A stretch of DNA of 64,000 bases from the NCBI GenBank assembly GCA_030390025.1, contig CM059429.1, positions 118,172,001 to 118,236,000 on the forward strand, written 5' to 3'. The stretch is from Squalus acanthias. Taxonomy: Eukaryota. Shown one piece after another: positions 62,583 through 64,000 of the stretch. Position numbers and translations under genes: made by a program. Numbering within the stretch: position 1 is the stretch's first letter; each line of letters begins with the position of its first letter. The notes beneath the pieces were generated by a model. It did no database searches. It saw only the letters and a list, made by a program, of their open reading frames with translations, and was not told the DNA's origin.

Positions 62583-62805
62583 CATGATGTGGAGATGCCG
62601 GTGTTGGACTGGGGTGGACAAAATTGAGAGGTCGCACAACACCAGGTTATAGTCCAACAGTTTTATTTGAAATCACAAGCTTTCGGAGCTATCGATTGCT
62701 CCTTCCTCAGACTTCACCTGAGGAAGGAGCAATCGATAGCTCCGAAAGCTTGTGATTTCAAATAAAACTGTTGGACTATAACCTGGTGTTGTGCGACCTC
62801 TCAAA
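62583..62805. mobile_element. Penelope-like foldback mini-insertion (family A), 87-bp perfect arms with 7-nt spacer
   Basis: 12-bp TSD GTTGGTAGAGAG (62571-62582, 62806-62817); arms 62624-62710 / 62718-62804; same outer end TGATGTGGAGATGCCGG as the 31.9-kb copy. Confidence 0.93.
62714..62755 (+). ncRNA. Minimal type I hammerhead ribozyme motif (PLE-type)
   Basis: UCAC-CUGAGGA-A-GGAGC-AAUCGAUA-GCUCC-GAAA-GC-U-U-GUGA. Confidence 0.85.
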
Positions 62806-63766
62806 GTTGGTAGAGAGAGCAGAGTTAGAATAAATAAGAGCAACTCGTGGCCAATGGAAGTCCAGTCACTGAATGGTTACAGCACAGAAGGAGGCCATTT
62901 GGCCTGTTGAGCCTGTGGGAGAAGCTTGGGAGAAGTGACTTTAAAACTGGGCAAAGTAGAAATGGGACAGATTGGATGGAGCTTTGAAGCCACCATTTCA
63001 CTTCAATGCTTAAAAATTGAAAAAACTTCAGTGCTTCAGAACTGGTTGAGTGTTCCCAGTTATCTGCCATTTTTTTCATTTGGGATGTGGCTTAAGCCAT
63101 GGATTATGGAACAGACTTAGAAGCCAGGTAAGTGGGTTTTCACATCACAAACAAGGCAAGAGAAGTAGATGGGAGTTTATAAACTTTGCAAAAGAAAATT
63201 CTAACATTCACTTGTATGTTAATATTTTGCCATCATGGGATTTATGTTCCCCTATAGCTGATTGCTGGAGCATTTCAAAGTAATTGGTCATTCACCTTTC
63301 TCCAAAAGGTTATAAACACTGTAAAAGTGGTATTGGGATTGGCAAAATAAGACCTGATTTATAACAGGAGTTATTCTCATTAATAACCAACCAATCAAAT
63401 GCATGAGTAGCAAACCCAAAACAATATCCTGGAGAGGAGCAAATTTGGATTTGTTTAGCCCAAGCTGAAAAACATTTGAGTTGTGATTTTCCAGTTCTTC
63501 TTTAAACTAAAGATGCCTCTCTGCCCATGTGCATAGAAGGAAAGAAAGGCAAAATGTCACTTTGCATATGTATTTACTGTCCTCCTAACTATTTTGCCTT
63601 CCATCACCTTCATATGCATGTACCGTTGTTTTCAAGGGGAGGAAGGCTAAGTATGCATTTGATCTCCATCAGTCTAGTGGGTGTGACTGAGCTCTTTGTC
63701 CAGTGCTGGGTATACATTGTGCTCTCTGATGGTGTATGGTGAAGGATAGGTATGTATTTGATCCTT

Positions 63767-63945
63767 AAATAAAAACAGAAAATGTTAGAAATACGCAGCT
63801 GATCAGTTAGCATCTGTAAGATTAAAAAAAGACAGATAATGGGGAAGGTCACACACCCATCATATCTGTCTTCTCTCTTTGCAGCTGCTGTATATTTCCA
63901 GCATTCCTGTTTGTTGTTTTAGATTGCAAGCATTTGTAGTTTTAT
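63767..63945. mobile_element. Old foldback of Penelope family B pLTR
   Basis: AAATAAAAACAGAAAATGTTAGAAATAC... followed by inverted ...TATTTCCAGCATTCCTGTTT..; hammerhead decayed. Confidence 0.6.
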
Positions 63946-64000
63946 TTTAATTTATTATTATTTATTTGCTCCTTTCCTGACTGATCAGAGAGTTGGGCAT

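Overview
Eukaryotic, repeat-rich non-coding DNA, almost certainly from a cartilaginous fish (shark-type CR1 LINEs with an esterase ORF1, SacSINE1/DeuSINE, HE1 and LF-SINE-like SINEs). It looks like the interior of a large intron or a gene desert. I could not support any host protein-coding exon, tRNA, rRNA or CRISPR array, and every recognisable ORF in the track is transposon-derived. Main contents: (i) several CR1 LINEs, one near full-length (about 3.2-7.6 kb, minus strand); (ii) an L2 fragment and a fossil Gypsy integrase; (iii) many Harbinger/PIF-type non-autonomous elements and MITEs, one keeping a Myb/SANT exon and fused transposase termini, plus a hAT MITE nested in one of them; (iv) at least five TSD-bounded, short Penelope-like (PLE) insertions from two families, each carrying a minimal type I hammerhead ribozyme motif. 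Three PLE insertions are tiny foldbacks, including a perfect 128-bp zero-spacer palindrome inside a young CR1. The hammerhead stems and a downstream 9-bp stem covary between copies. This hammerhead/foldback system is the most striking signal; PLE hammerheads in general are already known. Several unique stretches look like conserved non-coding/enhancer DNA (DR1 element, CTCF-like site), but this is inference only.
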